From: Chrysomallon squamiferum
Taxonomy: Eukaryota; Animalia; Mollusca
Direction: 5' to 3'
Assembly (NCBI GenBank): GCA_012295275.1
Contig: CM022679.1
Span: forward strand, 12,710,001 to 12,774,000
Length of the DNA: 64,000 nucleotides
Below are positions 44,223 through 58,195 of the stretch, in pieces. Position 1 is the first letter of the stretch; each line of letters opens with the position of its first letter. The notes below the pieces were generated by a model. It did no database searches. It was not told the origin of the DNA and worked only from the letters and a program-made list of their open reading frames with translations. A program made the translations under genes and the position numbers.

Positions 44223-47200
44223 AATGTCATTCTGACTTTTAGACTATGACTTTAAAAAAAATTTGGTAAAATCTTTGATTTATATTTGTCTATGTAACTG
44301 TATTTGTTAATAACATCTTAGAAGATTTTTTCTTTCTATACTTTAACAAGTGTGACCTTTATTTAGTAATTTTGACTTTATATACTGTAATTCAGTTCTA
44401 TTGCTGTGATGCTGACATACTGTATAATCATTTTTTTGTCAATGTATCCATTTGACTATTTCCCATTCTAACCAGAATGTTACATAACAACTGATTATCA
44501 ACAGCCATTGAATATATCTTCCCATCTAGAGGAAGGTGCACATAACAATGCATTTCTGCTAATTGCTGAAAGCATGCAGATGGTGCTGGGAAGCATTTTC
44601 TGCTAAATCATCTTCATATAACATCCAAACATAATTCTAATAATTCATGAATATTAAAATATGTTAAAGTTATTAATAGATTATTAACTAAATATATATA
44701 TATATATATATATATTTATACATTGATACCATAAACTCAGTTCTTGTATAAACATGACTATTTTGTATCATACAATTTTTGAATGACTAGGTCATTATTT
44801 CTTTTAGTGTTGTTCTTGCATTTAAATTCTGGTCTTTATGAATTACCACTTACTCCTTAAAACCAATAAAGCATAAAATAAACATGTTTGTTTTGTTTTG
44901 TTTTGTTGTTGCTGTTGTTGTTTTCTTTTTACATCACTGAAATGTTTAGTTTTCACGTAGCCAGTGAACTGAAGATGACTTATCAACACTTTTTTTTCCC
45001 TGGCACCTAATAACAAGAAGTTGTGTTCTGCAGGAGATAGTAGACAGTTAACGCAGAGGAAGACAGAGCAACATTTAATGTGGGGTGTCAATTTGCACAC
45101 CAAAGGAAAGATGTATGTCAACTGCAGGGATCACAAATCCAATAAAATCTGATCATAGATCAAGTTAGGCTAAACCGGACTTCAAAATCAAGAGTACCTG
45201 TGGTGACAGAGTCAATACTTTAATATACCGTTGCCATTATTTATAAACCTGATTTCACTCAAAGACATTCCAACAGGGCTGAAGATGTCTACAGACTCAG
45301 GCCAAAAGCAAACTGTGAATTCAATCAAGAAAGGCCAAAAATCAATATATATGTCTTTAGAAGCATTAATTTCTTCCAAACTGCTTTGGCCGTAATAGGG
45401 TTTTAAAATGTTGTTATCCAATTTGCCGCCAATAAAGGGGATAATTATTCATGGTACGTTTTAACTGGTTTGAATTAGCATGAATTATTTATGCAGTGTA
45501 ACTGTTAATTAAAGAATTCAAAAGTAAATAAATAAATAAATTATTATTATTTTTTTTTTTATTATTTTTTATATCAAACAGTGGTAATATTCTTTGTGTT
45601 AGTAACCATTTTTCAAAGATAGAAAAAACTTAACACTAATTTATTCTTTCTCTTTTTCTCTCACTCTGTCCCTCAGATCCACAGAAAATATACATCTATA
45701 CATTTATTTCAGTTATTCAGATTTAACAAGCAGATGTATATAATATTAATCTTTCCTGCAACAAAATAAATATTTTCAATATTTGACATTTGTATTCAGC
45801 ATTTTCCATAAATTATTATTTATTACATTGTCCTATTTCATTTGTTTATCCAATCATCCATTATTCTTTCTATTTATCCATCTATTGGTCCATTCATCCA
45901 TCCATCATTTCACACCCATCACTGGGTGTATCTGTTCACAGTGTATAATTGTGTCTGCTGTTGGCAATCTATATACATAAACATTCTCTAGTGTCGTTTA
46001 GAATATTCCAGAATAGTGTAGCTATGCATACATTAGTACAGGCATCCATACAACGCCCTTGAAGCAGACATTTCTGCAGCAGCAGCAGCTTCCCATGTAA
46101 TTATGTATCTGTCACAATGTAAGGCTGACCAGAAAAATCTGTTATCCTTTTTTTCTTCTTTTCCTAACTCGGTTTTGTTTGAATGTCCTTTTTTATGTAA
46201 CATTTTGTTTCAAATTTAAAATATGTATAGTTTTAGTTTGCTTTTGTATAATAATTCCATTTTTTGTTGTTGAAGTTTTTTGTTTTAAAATATTAAACAA
46301 TCACTTGAATATTAAATTCTTTTTCTGCCTCTATATCTATCTATATCTATCTATCTTATATTAACTGTCAATCTATCTATTTATTAAATCACTGTTTTTT
46401 ATATTTGAACAATTAATTAATTATTAAATTTTTTTTTTATCAATTTTTTGTTTATTATTTTATTTCAAAATAATATATTTGAACAATAATTTAACTGTCA
46501 GACTTTTGCCTTCATGCAAGAAGCCTTATTACACACACCACATCATTAATATAATGTACACAATTTTGCAAAATTTATACTGAATACTTTTGGACAGCTT
46601 TTGTTGAAGCACACACAGTTTGACAAATGTTTTACAAAAACAGCACAGGACACATGGACAAACCAACACATGTTTAGACAGAAGAAATCAAAAGGTAATT
46701 TTTAATATGCCACAAAAGTCCTGTTTACAGAAAAAAACATGGATACATTTTAAAAACTTGGTCAGATCATCTGAACTCGACAAACGTGAACATCCTGAAA
46801 ACTGTACTAATTTGAAATACATCTGAAATAATTTGTGCTTTTTAATGAATCTCTAATCAATCTGAATGTGGATGATTATTATTCCCATGCTGTTTGAAAA
46901 TGATACCACATAATTATTTATAGCCCACCTATAATCAGTGCTTGTTTCAGGCAGGTTAATTAATACCTGAATGTACCTATACTGTACATGTAAATTAAAC
47001 ATCTGAACAGAGGTACTGGTAGAACACATAGTTTGTAATAATAATGTAGTGGAACGTTCGCAAATGATTATTGTTGGTTTATGTATTTAGATGTCTGTAG
47101 ATACATATGTATATGTAGTGTGTTTTGTGTTATGACTGATATCATATACATGTATGTACATGTAAATACATGCATTTATCTGTGTATATCATAGGTGTAT

Positions 47201-50200
47201 TCACATATGTACCTACAAGATTTTATGCATTTATGTTTTTGTGTGCCTTTGTATATAAGTGTGTGTGTGTGTAGATGTACAAGCATATCCGTATGCCTAT
47301 GTATGAATGTATGATTGTAAATCTCCATGTATGTGTGCTTGTGTGCATTTGTATTTGTGTGTGTATGATGTCTGTATTAAAAACTTCCCAGGCTAATCAC
47401 ATAACACATACAAACAGGCTACTCCTCTAGCCTGCAAACAATGAAACAAATCCATCACAACTGACGTTCATTCATTTACCTAACCTCTCCCCATGACACT
47501 GCTGAACCATCCAATAAAACTGCCAGAATTCACATTACTGCATTACCTACTTATTTTGATATATAATGGAGCAAACGAATAAGGTTTATTTAATTAATTA
47601 GACATGCTGTTTTTATTTCGCACTCCCATCTTCACTGAAAGATATGAGATTATATAGTGATCATATGAACACCACCTATGGGCATAAGCTAGGTAATGTG
47701 ATAGAGTGATACTGGAGTCTGTGCTATGAGCAAGTTGTAATGTGGCTGGATGGTCCAGTCTAAATGAATGAAACTCAGCTATCTAACAATTACATACAAC
47801 AGAAAGCCTATAATTTAATGTAAGAAAAAGCAAGTGATTAAATATAGCCTAGCTAATAAATAAATATAACTCAACTAACTAGTAAATAAATGTAATTCTG
47901 CAAGCCAGTAATTAAATATTACATAAAATAGCCAATAATTAAATACATCTGACCTAGCCAGTTATTAAATATAATTCAACTAGACAATAATTAAATAAAT
48001 GTCAATATTTTAATAACAGTCCATATATATTTTCATGTAAATTGAATGGAACATATACAATCTCCATCATTCTGAATTAATGTAATTTAGCTATCTAGCA
48101 ATTAAATCAGTTGATATGAATAATGGGATCTGCACATGTAAATTTGAAGAATATAATAATGTCTGCGATTTCACAATATACATTTTATAAACTGTTTTAA
48201 ATCTCTTAGTTTACTGAGAACTGGTTTTTATATCAAATGCATCACAATTTTCATAAACAATGAAATAATTATGATGACCCCGGGCACCATTCGCTAACAT
48301 GGCCAAAGATTACACTTTAGAACTGTTTGCTGGCTGACAAAGGTGCCCAGATGTGCCCAAATGTTACTGAGGAACATGCTGCAACTGCTGAAGATGGTGC
48401 ACAACAACATCCAATCAGTGAAATGATCTCCCAGTAGTGAAACAAGGCTGCAGAGGAATTGACCTGTCAAGTGGGTTGACACTGTGTGATGCTAGGCAGG
48501 GAATCAATGAACTATCAGAACTGATCAACTTTTAATCAGTTGATTTGTCGCCAAATTCGCAGATGCACTAATCTACTGATGTGAGAGCACGTCTTCATGT
48601 TTGTACAGACTGTTAGCAAAAATGTTTTTTTTTTTTTTTTTTTTTTTTTTTAAGTACAGTTCTTTTTGATTCAGATAATGCTGCTGCTGCTCTATCTACA
48701 GCTACTACCACCACCACCACCACTACTACTTCTAATACTATACTTTTACTATAATTACTTCTACTTTTACTATTACTGTTTCCACTTTTACTATTACTAC
48801 TTCTACTACTACTATTAGTACTTCTATTATTACTATTACTAATTCTTCTGCTGCTACTACTATTATTACCACTGCAAGTACAACTGACACTATAGACAGT
48901 ACTAGTACTCTATTAACAACATCATCACCACCACCAGCACTTTTTATTTTTCAGAAATTATTCATCATATCATCAACTATTCCTTCTGTAATCTGACCTT
49001 TCCACTAACTGTGTTGGTAACAAACTAAGTACTTGCATCGAATTACAAATAACAAATAAGCAGTGCACATATAAACTGATATGTATATATATCACATTCA
49101 TTCCGCTGTAAAACCGACTTGCCTGTTATCAGAGGTCAACAAAAACATAGCTCAGTACAACTAATTTATTGCTTCAGTATATTATTTATATATTAGGTAC
49201 AAACGGTAGATGCTGTCATTAATGCGAGCATTGTGTCTCTGTTTACAGTGCCCCTATGTGTTATTGTAACCTGGAATACACAAAAATGATTACTTTGGTT
49301 TTCATCAATAATATATCAATGAAATATCACTGTTGTTATATCAAGGATCAGGAATCAATATATAAGAATTCCTCTCTAATCTGCAATCACTGATCAGTGA
49401 CAAGGTCAGAATCACGACCAGTGGGAACTGTGTTTGAAATTTTGATAAACAGAAATCACGTAACATTAAAAAACAAAACAGCATGGTGAGAGTCAACTAA
49501 AAGAAATTATCTCAGTTACAAGTTAAGGAAAATTGTTTCTGATTATTTTTCATGTTTCATATTTCTTTGTTATCTGTTTTTTGAACACCCTACAAGAAAA
49601 TGATTTGGACCTTTTAACAGACTAACAAAAAGAAATATATTTTTTTATTCATTTTGATTTATTTTTATCTATTTTCATCAAAATTTTTTTATCAATTTAT
49701 GTTAATTCATTCTTTATCAAAATTTTCATTTTTGTTAATGATTCTTTGCAATTTTCATTTTTTACCTCTTTTTCTTTCTTTTTTTTTTTTTTTTTTTTAT
49801 TGAGATGAAGAATAAGAACAACTTTTAACCATAAGCAAATACTTTAATTTGTGTCAATTTCTTCAACGTAAATAAAATAAAATAATACAAGACACTCTTG
49901 CTATTTTTAAATTTCTCAGTCTAAACCAGAACACTTTCAAACAATCCAAGATTAAAGAATTTAAATGCATTTTACTTTTGTTTATTCAGATGAAAAATAA
50001 GAACTTTTAAGCATAACAAAATATTTTATTTTTATCCCATATTGTCATCTAGAACACTTCTAAAATTTCTGCTGGATCTAAAACTGTATTCCAATAAATC
50101 ATGCTAATGTAACTTCCAGGTTATTTTAGTTAATTTTATTTAACTCAGGTAGACTTTAAGTCTTCTCTGGTAACAACAATCCATTTATATATAGCTTCCA

Positions 50201-53117
50201 CAATTATTTTGTATATACATAAATCAGTTCAACCGAAAAAACATAAATAATTATCATAATCTTTATTAATGGTAAAAATTAAGCTTTTCATTTTTATGTT
50301 TTGTTTCAAGTCTATTTTAAATCTTTCTTTCTTTGGTTTTGTTTATTGTTTTCTTTTAAATAAAATTTCCTGTTTATTTTTATATTTTTAATTATGGATT
50401 AGCTTACTGCCATTTTCTACAACAATGTATTTTGTATGTGTACTGACTGGAATGAATGATTGTTTACATCACATGAACAAAAAGGTATTTATGGATGATA
50501 AATGTCTATGTATGTATGTATTTAAATATAGCATGTATGTATGTAATTGCATATTAACATGTGTATGTATGTACTTGTGTTTCTCTGTAGGTAAACATGT
50601 ATGTGTGTGTTTATATGTAAATATATTCATCTGTCTGTCTCTCTGTCTGTCTGTCTGCCTGTCAGTCTACCAATACAGACACTAATATAGAAATGTGCAC
50701 ATTTTTCTTCAAGTGAAGACTGAGATAAGTGAAAGAAATAAAACCGGAGCAGGGAAATGTTTTACAGTGATAGATTATCTTGTAATCTTCTGCTTTCTCG
50801 GTAAACAAAATTAAGAGATGTTTTGGCACAAGATGTTTCTGATTATTACACATTTAGAGAGGGGAGACCCAAACCTGAATCAGGACAGAATCCACTGGAT
50901 GCCTTTATTTATTCACCTATAAAAACATGTGTAAAATGTGTTGTGCATCAGCTAGCAACTGTCTTTCAGAATAATGCCACAACACAACAGCACGTACTTC
51001 TGTTTTAAAATAATGCCATATAGCATACCAACTAATGCCACAACACAACAGCATATAATAACATACCTACTAGAAAATGAGTTTTAAAACAATGCCCCAA
51101 CAATAATCATTCAAACCAATGCCAAAATTTGATCCAGGCTTATTAAAAAAAATTCTGGTGCAAAAAAAAAAAGAACCAACACCATCAAATTAATGAAAAT
51201 GTTTTTAATAAAAAATAGCTTAGGTAAACAAGATCACTACAAAAGTGAAAAATGAATATGTTTGTTCATTAACCAGTAATTCTAAGACCATATGTTTCAA
51301 TTATTGTGCATTATAATTTATCTTTCAAAGACTAATAACATTAATATTTAAATAGACAGCACTTGCTAACCAGCAGATGTTTGTTGTATAATCATTGGCA
51401 ATTTCAAGGTGATCAGATAATTTATGACTATTAAATTTAATGACTATCTAGTTAGTATGTTTTTAATACAAGAAGTGAATACTAGTAGGTAATGGATATC
51501 AATTTTAACACACCACAGAAGGTAAGGATAACAGTTTTAACATATCTAATTAATATCACCAATAGTTTAAAACAATAGTTTTAATATACCTGTTAATACT
51601 AGTACATAATGGATATAACTAAAATGCATGTAGGAAACAGCATTAAATTCTAAATAACAATTTAAAAACAGCTACTTAATACCTGTTTGTAATGTGTAAA
51701 TTTTGATAAAACAAAGCATTTACTTGTAATACTGTGTTATTATTTATATGTATTATGCATAGTATCTGGTTTTATTATAACATGTTAATGAATATTATAC
51801 TTCTTTTTCACTTTGGTGTAAAGAAACAAATAAGGTCATTGTATTTACAAGTCATTATATTTGTTAATTGTATCTTGTTTCTTTCTCTCTTACTTTTTTT
51901 CTTCTTTACCTGTCTAATAATAAATAGCCATTTAAAAACTCATAGTTAATACCAGTATGTGACAATGATTGTTTCAAAACATGTAGTTAATACCAGCAGG
52001 TATTGAATGTCAATTGTTTAATGCTAGCTGTTTGTTCCAGAATGTTTAACACTAATCCTGGACACGGCAATGATCCCTGGTTTATTGTCAGAGTGAGATG
52101 CAAAGAGAAAACTAATGGCTTTACTAGCAGTTTAGGTACAGCTAATTCTTTTTAAAGGTCTGTACAATTGTACATGTGTATATAAGAGTCAGTATGGGGT
52201 GTGCTGTGTCTGGTACGGTAATGTATATGACACTGAAGTGTAGATGTGTATATGCCTATGTGCATGTGTGTGTGTATGTGTATGTGTTAAATGTATGTGT
52301 TTGTATGGATGTATAATGTTAAATGTGTCTATTATTTTTTTTTTTTTGTATGCACATGTATACCATCTCACATAACAGTATCCATATGAATAAATGTTTG
52401 TATGGGTTTATGGGTACAGTATATGTGGATGTTTGTATTCATTTATCTACATATAAAAGATCAGCTTTTATGTGAATAATTAAAGATGGCCTATAGTATA
52501 TACAAAGACCAAAATCAGATGACTGAAATATACATCTTGAATTAAAGAGATATTTTCTTTCCATTTCTCAATAGCAGGAATAGACAAGTTCAAAACAATA
52601 TAAATTAACCAACAACTGAACTAAGTAACCGTCTTTCAGAAAACAATTCACACCTTTCACAGGAGGTGTGAAGGCAAAGTGAATTAAGAACACACCTAAT
52701 AAATATCTGTCTACACTGTATGAAAAATTGAAAAATAGGTGCTGGAGAATATGTGAAGAAATTTGCATCATGGGAACTGGTGAGAAAGAGGCTGGTGTTC
52801 ATTTGACAGGAAGAAGTGGTGTGTTTCCTCACGAGGCCAATATAACCATACTTACTCACCAACGATGAATGAGAAAAGAAATCTATTGATTTTCACTAAC
52901 AATGGAGAACTGATAAACAGCTACTGTATATATATCTAAGTTGTCTCACTGCTTTAACTCACTGAATGACTGACTACATTTTCACAATTAAGATTTAGCA
53001 CATTTCAGTGGCCTTTTTTTAACTCCTACAGCTTTGCACAGTGTAGAAAGCCAAACAAATTTAATAAAAGAATTTCTTAAAATTATTTAATATTCAAAGT
53101 ATTTATTTTTTAATTTT

Positions 53118-53148
<31 letters not shown>

Positions 53149-54711
53149 TTTTTCTTTTCTTTTCAAATTATATCTCAGCAATTTTAAATATCTGAAAAAA
53201 AGAAAGCAAGATCTTTTTCTTTTTATTATTATTATTTTATTCCAAGAAATATGAAAGTACTGTTTGTTAAATAGTAAGGAATTAGTTTAATATATCCTAT
53301 CATCTTTAATACACTTGTACATATATAGTAACAGTAGTAATGGAATAGGTGTAATAAAATAACTTCACTGTCAATAGTGGAAACTTTAATAGCTCAGTCA
53401 GTGCTTAATATCTTCATTGTAATATATATTATGTAGTTATAAACCTATACTTTTTCTTTTCATGGTTTCAAATACTTCTTCTAAGAAGCATGATATTACA
53501 AATAATAACTATGAAACTGAAATAAAATATACACTCTGTTGTGCTAGTCTTTTTTATTACTATTATTTTAAAGTAAGAATCTTTCTAAGTAAATAATGAA
53601 GAATTAATTATTACACTCTCAAGTCTTTTACAACAAAAAAACAAAAAGAAAAACAAAACCAGAAATCACCCAACAAATGACAGTACATTCTTAACTTCTT
53701 TCTAATTATCAAAATTACATATGTAAAAAAAAAACAAGAAAATTAAAAATATATAAAATAACTTCAAAAATGTTCCACGCACTTTTTTTTTTTTTTTTTT
53801 TTTTTTGAGCAGAATAACTCTGAAATGATTATTATGCATCACCATTGCAAAAAGTTTTTATCTCCTGTATTTGATTTTGCAAACTCTATCAGATAGCAGT
53901 AATAAAAATGTATTGGTCTCTTGGGATGTATAAGAGTTAAATGTACCTTTCATGGTAAGAAAGAGAAAATTGGTCAGGAGGTTAATAGAGTTCTACGGCA
54001 GGCCAGACATGATTGTAGCAATACTCCTGTGCACTGTTAAATACGTATCTATGGCTGCTGTGTGAGTTATACAAAGTATCACACAGGTATTAATACTCCA
54101 GCAGCCGTGTATTAACTGTGCCATAAAAAATGTTATTACCCCCTATTTATTTATTTACATTACCTACATGCAAAATAAAACTTGTTTATTTTATTTTATT
54201 TATTTATTTATTTTATATATTCTGACTTTTCTGTTCTGTATGATTTTTATAACTACCAAAGAAGACATCAATGAAGATTTATCAAGCTAGCCATCACACT
54301 TTTTCCATAAAATGTTTTTTTTATTACTGTTATTCTACTTTTAATACACAAAGGTGGGTTTTGGATATTTTTTTGTTTTTTTGTTTTGTTTGTCTGAAGT
54401 TAAATGGAACAGTGGTATTATTTCCAAATAACTATATCAGTAGTAATAATATTAATACAGATCATAACAACAGTAATGAATGTTGTCATTTTCCTTGATG
54501 TTGTCAGACAATTATGGCAGTAGTAATAATAGCAACATCTGGAGTAGTAGACATCGTAGCAGCTGCAGCTGTAACAGTTGTTCTATTGATACTGGTGATA
54601 ATGTTGATGTAGTAGTTATGCAGTAATAACAACAACAACAACAACCAAACTGACACAAAATAACATCATTAATATCTTAATCTTGGTTTTGCCATAATAA
54701 CAATAACAATA

Positions 54712-54755
<44 letters not shown>

Positions 54756-55819
54756 CAAAACAATAATAACAATAAATATAATATGTATTATTAACAAACA
54801 GAAAAGAAACAAAAAAAAGTAAGAAGATAAAAATTATATTATATTATAAATAACATGTCTGCAACAGTGTTATACATCACAAAAAAAGAACCACTTATAA
54901 TGGCTTTTTCTTCTTTTTTCCCTGCACCCATTCATTATCAATAGATTTTTATTACGTCTGAATTCAGATTTCTTGAAAGCTCTAGATTTCCTTTAAACTG
55001 TTTCAAGCAGCACAGAGTTTTGAACCTAATGAACAGAGGTCACAATTGGAATGGACTCAACATTTTTGTCTCTTCTATTTGATTTTGCTATCCCCTCCAG
55101 ACACTTGTAATAAAAATGTAATAGCCTTTAGGGATTCGAGACAGTTAAATCTACCATTCACACTAAGAAAGAGTAAATTGGTCACCATTAATAGAGTTGT
55201 ACAACAAAATGTCTGGCCCAATGACTCTTTCTTGCTCTAAAAAGGCAATGAAAGAATGAATATGAAATTGCAGCCGTATTTGCAGAATTAGCTTCAGATC
55301 GAACCTGGTTAGTGAAAGAAGCACTGATTTTGTTACTATTATGTTGCAAACTTCTTAATCTTCTTTTTTTTTTTTTTCAGATGTTAAATAAAATTTAAAA
55401 TAACATGAATTACACATTTTTAGCAAACTTCTTATGAAAAAGAATACACTGCCCATATTTTCTTCTTCTTCTTTTTTTTTTTTTTTAATTTGCTTTTTCT
55501 TCCCTCATGTTTCTGCTTAGCTTCTGTCTATCTGTCTATCAGTCTTTGTGTTGGTCTGTCTGGCAATATTTATCAATATTCTGTAATATTTGCCACTTGT
55601 ATATATCTTTATATTATATAAGGAAATTAATTAATAACAATAATCTATTTATTTGGCCACCGAATACACCAGCTCTTTAAAAACCAATATGTTTCCCTTA
55701 TTACACTTGTTACTCAATTCAAACAATACTGCTTTGTAATTTGTGCTCTCGTGCTATAACGAATTAATAACACAATTGTACATAATTTTGTAGTTATCAT
55801 TTTAAAAAAAATTCTTTAT

Positions 55820-56030
55820 GTTATGGCCATGAAGGGATGGGTAGTTGTTGTGGTTTTAGAGCATTCGTCTCAGGCAAGAAAGTAACAAATGTCCTTACTG
55901 CTCCCACTGGACCATATCCCATTCCAAACAAAACTGATTTATGTCATTTTTCTTTCTACGAGGTGTATGTAAAAGATCATTTGCTGTTAATGATAAATGA
56001 AGCCAATGGTCTTTTGTCAGAAGATGTCTT
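55820..56030 (+). mobile_element. Decayed tRNA-derived SINE with Meta/MESC-type core
   Basis: gtgtatgtaaaagatcatttgctgttaatga resembles the recalled mollusc SINE core GTGCATATAAAAGATCCCTTGCTGCTAAT; highly diverged. Confidence 0.4.
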
Positions 56031-56478
56031 CAAGAAATGCATGATTAATATACATTAAAACTGAAATTATTCACTGCTACCACCACCACCAATACCATAA
56101 TTAATAATACTAAATGAAATTTTAATAACAATATAGTATTTTTTTTTTTCTTCTACCACGAAGTATGTACATCTTCAAGTTCCGGCATCTCTCTACCCAA
56201 TAAACAAGAGTAATCAATATTTAATCAGAAGTTACACTGAGCCCCCAACAAGCTGCACAAATGTGAAATATCTGTGATGAGCAGTTTCATGTGATCATTC
56301 CAACATGGCCAATTACACATTTACAATATGGCTTTCTGATTTGTTAGCATACGTGCTGATTTGCCAGTTCAGTCCAGACTTTAATTATGTGAGTTGTGGT
56401 GGTGGTGACTGAAAACTTTAAACTGTGTCTTGAAACTGTCACAGTCTGAACATCTAAATAGCATTACTTTATTATTAT

Positions 56479-56510
<32 letters not shown>

Positions 56511-57943
56511 CTACTGCTACAGTTGTCATTACTATTGTTGTTATTATTATTAATATTATTATTATTATTACTACTACTGCTACAGTTGTCATTACTACTG
56601 TTGTTATTATTATTAATATTATTATTATTATTACTATAAACAGATAATATGGAACTGTTGTTATTGTTCTTTCTGGGTATTACTACTGCTACAACTACAA
56701 CTACAATTATTATTTTATTTTATTTACACATAATGTTGTTGTTACTGTTGTTAATACTACCATAACTACCATCACCACTATGATTATTATTATTATTATC
56801 ATCACCATCATCATGATCATCATCATTTTATTGATTACTATAATATCCTTATATTAGCCAAAGATGGTTTCTTTAAATTATATGTCAAACATTATTATTA
56901 TCTTTTTTTTTTTCAACCTTTCTGACACCAAAACATATTTATTTAGTAAAGATTACATTTTAAAACACAAATCATTTCTCACCATAAATAAAATAAGGAA
57001 TTCAACAACTCTGGAATTATGTCCAAGTATCTGAGTTCTTCAATAAGGAGAGAAAAAGCAGATGTTTTATTTCTTTTTAGTCTTCATTTTCCATTCATCA
57101 CCTCAAAATGGAAGCATTGCAAAACTGCTTGTAGCTAATGATGGTGTTAAATAATTCAAGCATTTTCATGAAACGTAACATATGCCCTTTTTAAACAAAT
57201 GTTATTTTCACTTAATAACAGCACTCACGGTATTTCCTTTTTTTTTTTTTTACCCCATGACAATCCAAAACTTAATTTGTGTTGTGATATAATCAAAACA
57301 AATTATTTTATTCTTCAAGGTCAGCAAATTAAACAAATTTGTGTTTAGTGCCACTTTTAACACTGAGAATAAGTTTAATTTTCAAAGCAAAAATAGAAAT
57401 GTTATGTTTTAAATAAAGAAAAGGTGTATCCTTATTTATTTTGTCAAAACCTGTTTTTCTTACATTTATTTATGTATTTTGTTTATTCTTGTTTAATTTG
57501 TACTGCTTTTTTATTTATTTATTCATTTTATTTTATTTTATTATTTTTATTTTTTTTTTTTTTTTGTTTTATTTTTTTTTGTTTTGTTTGTTCATTTTAT
57601 TTTTTTAAAACAGCTCATGTCATGTAAAATACAAATTAAAAATACACTTTACATTACAACACATTCAGACATGTTATATGATTTGTAAGGAGATCATTTC
57701 TAGATGTGTTTCAGCCATTATAAACTCATTCACCTTGCACGCTTATTCCAGCTGAGAGATATAAAATATATATATATTTCTGATTGGGTGAATTCAGATA
57801 GAAAATTGCTAATCAAAATATCCTTCCATCATTTGTGACGATACTTTCATGACGATTAAACGGCAGTATCTCATGGTCATCTTGTTATTACACAGGCCTG
57901 TGTACTCTTTGTAAGAGGAATCTTAAAGTACATTCATTTTCAA

Positions 57944-58195
57944 ATGAAGAAAGAAGAAATTTATTATACAACCTTAAATTCTAAAACATCTTTAAGTACA
58001 GTTATGCAGCATTATTCATCCTGTTAAAATAATGAAAGAAGACACTGCCACCATGCAGTCAGCTACTTGTTTTCAGCTAGCAGTAAAGTCTTTTATATAA
58101 ACCTTTCCAATGGCATGACAGCTCATATCAAGAAGACTTTGATAAATCAGCAGGGATCTGGCTAGCATAGAAAAAAAAACCCAGTGAAAGCCCAA
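57944..58195 (-). mobile_element. Decayed SINE of the same family, reverse orientation
   Basis: gaaagaagaaatttatt tail, agctacttgttttcagctagcagtaaagtcttttatata core and ctggctagcatagaaaa are collinear with the recalled consensus; related fragments at about 17965-18040 and 28820-28935. Confidence 0.45.
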
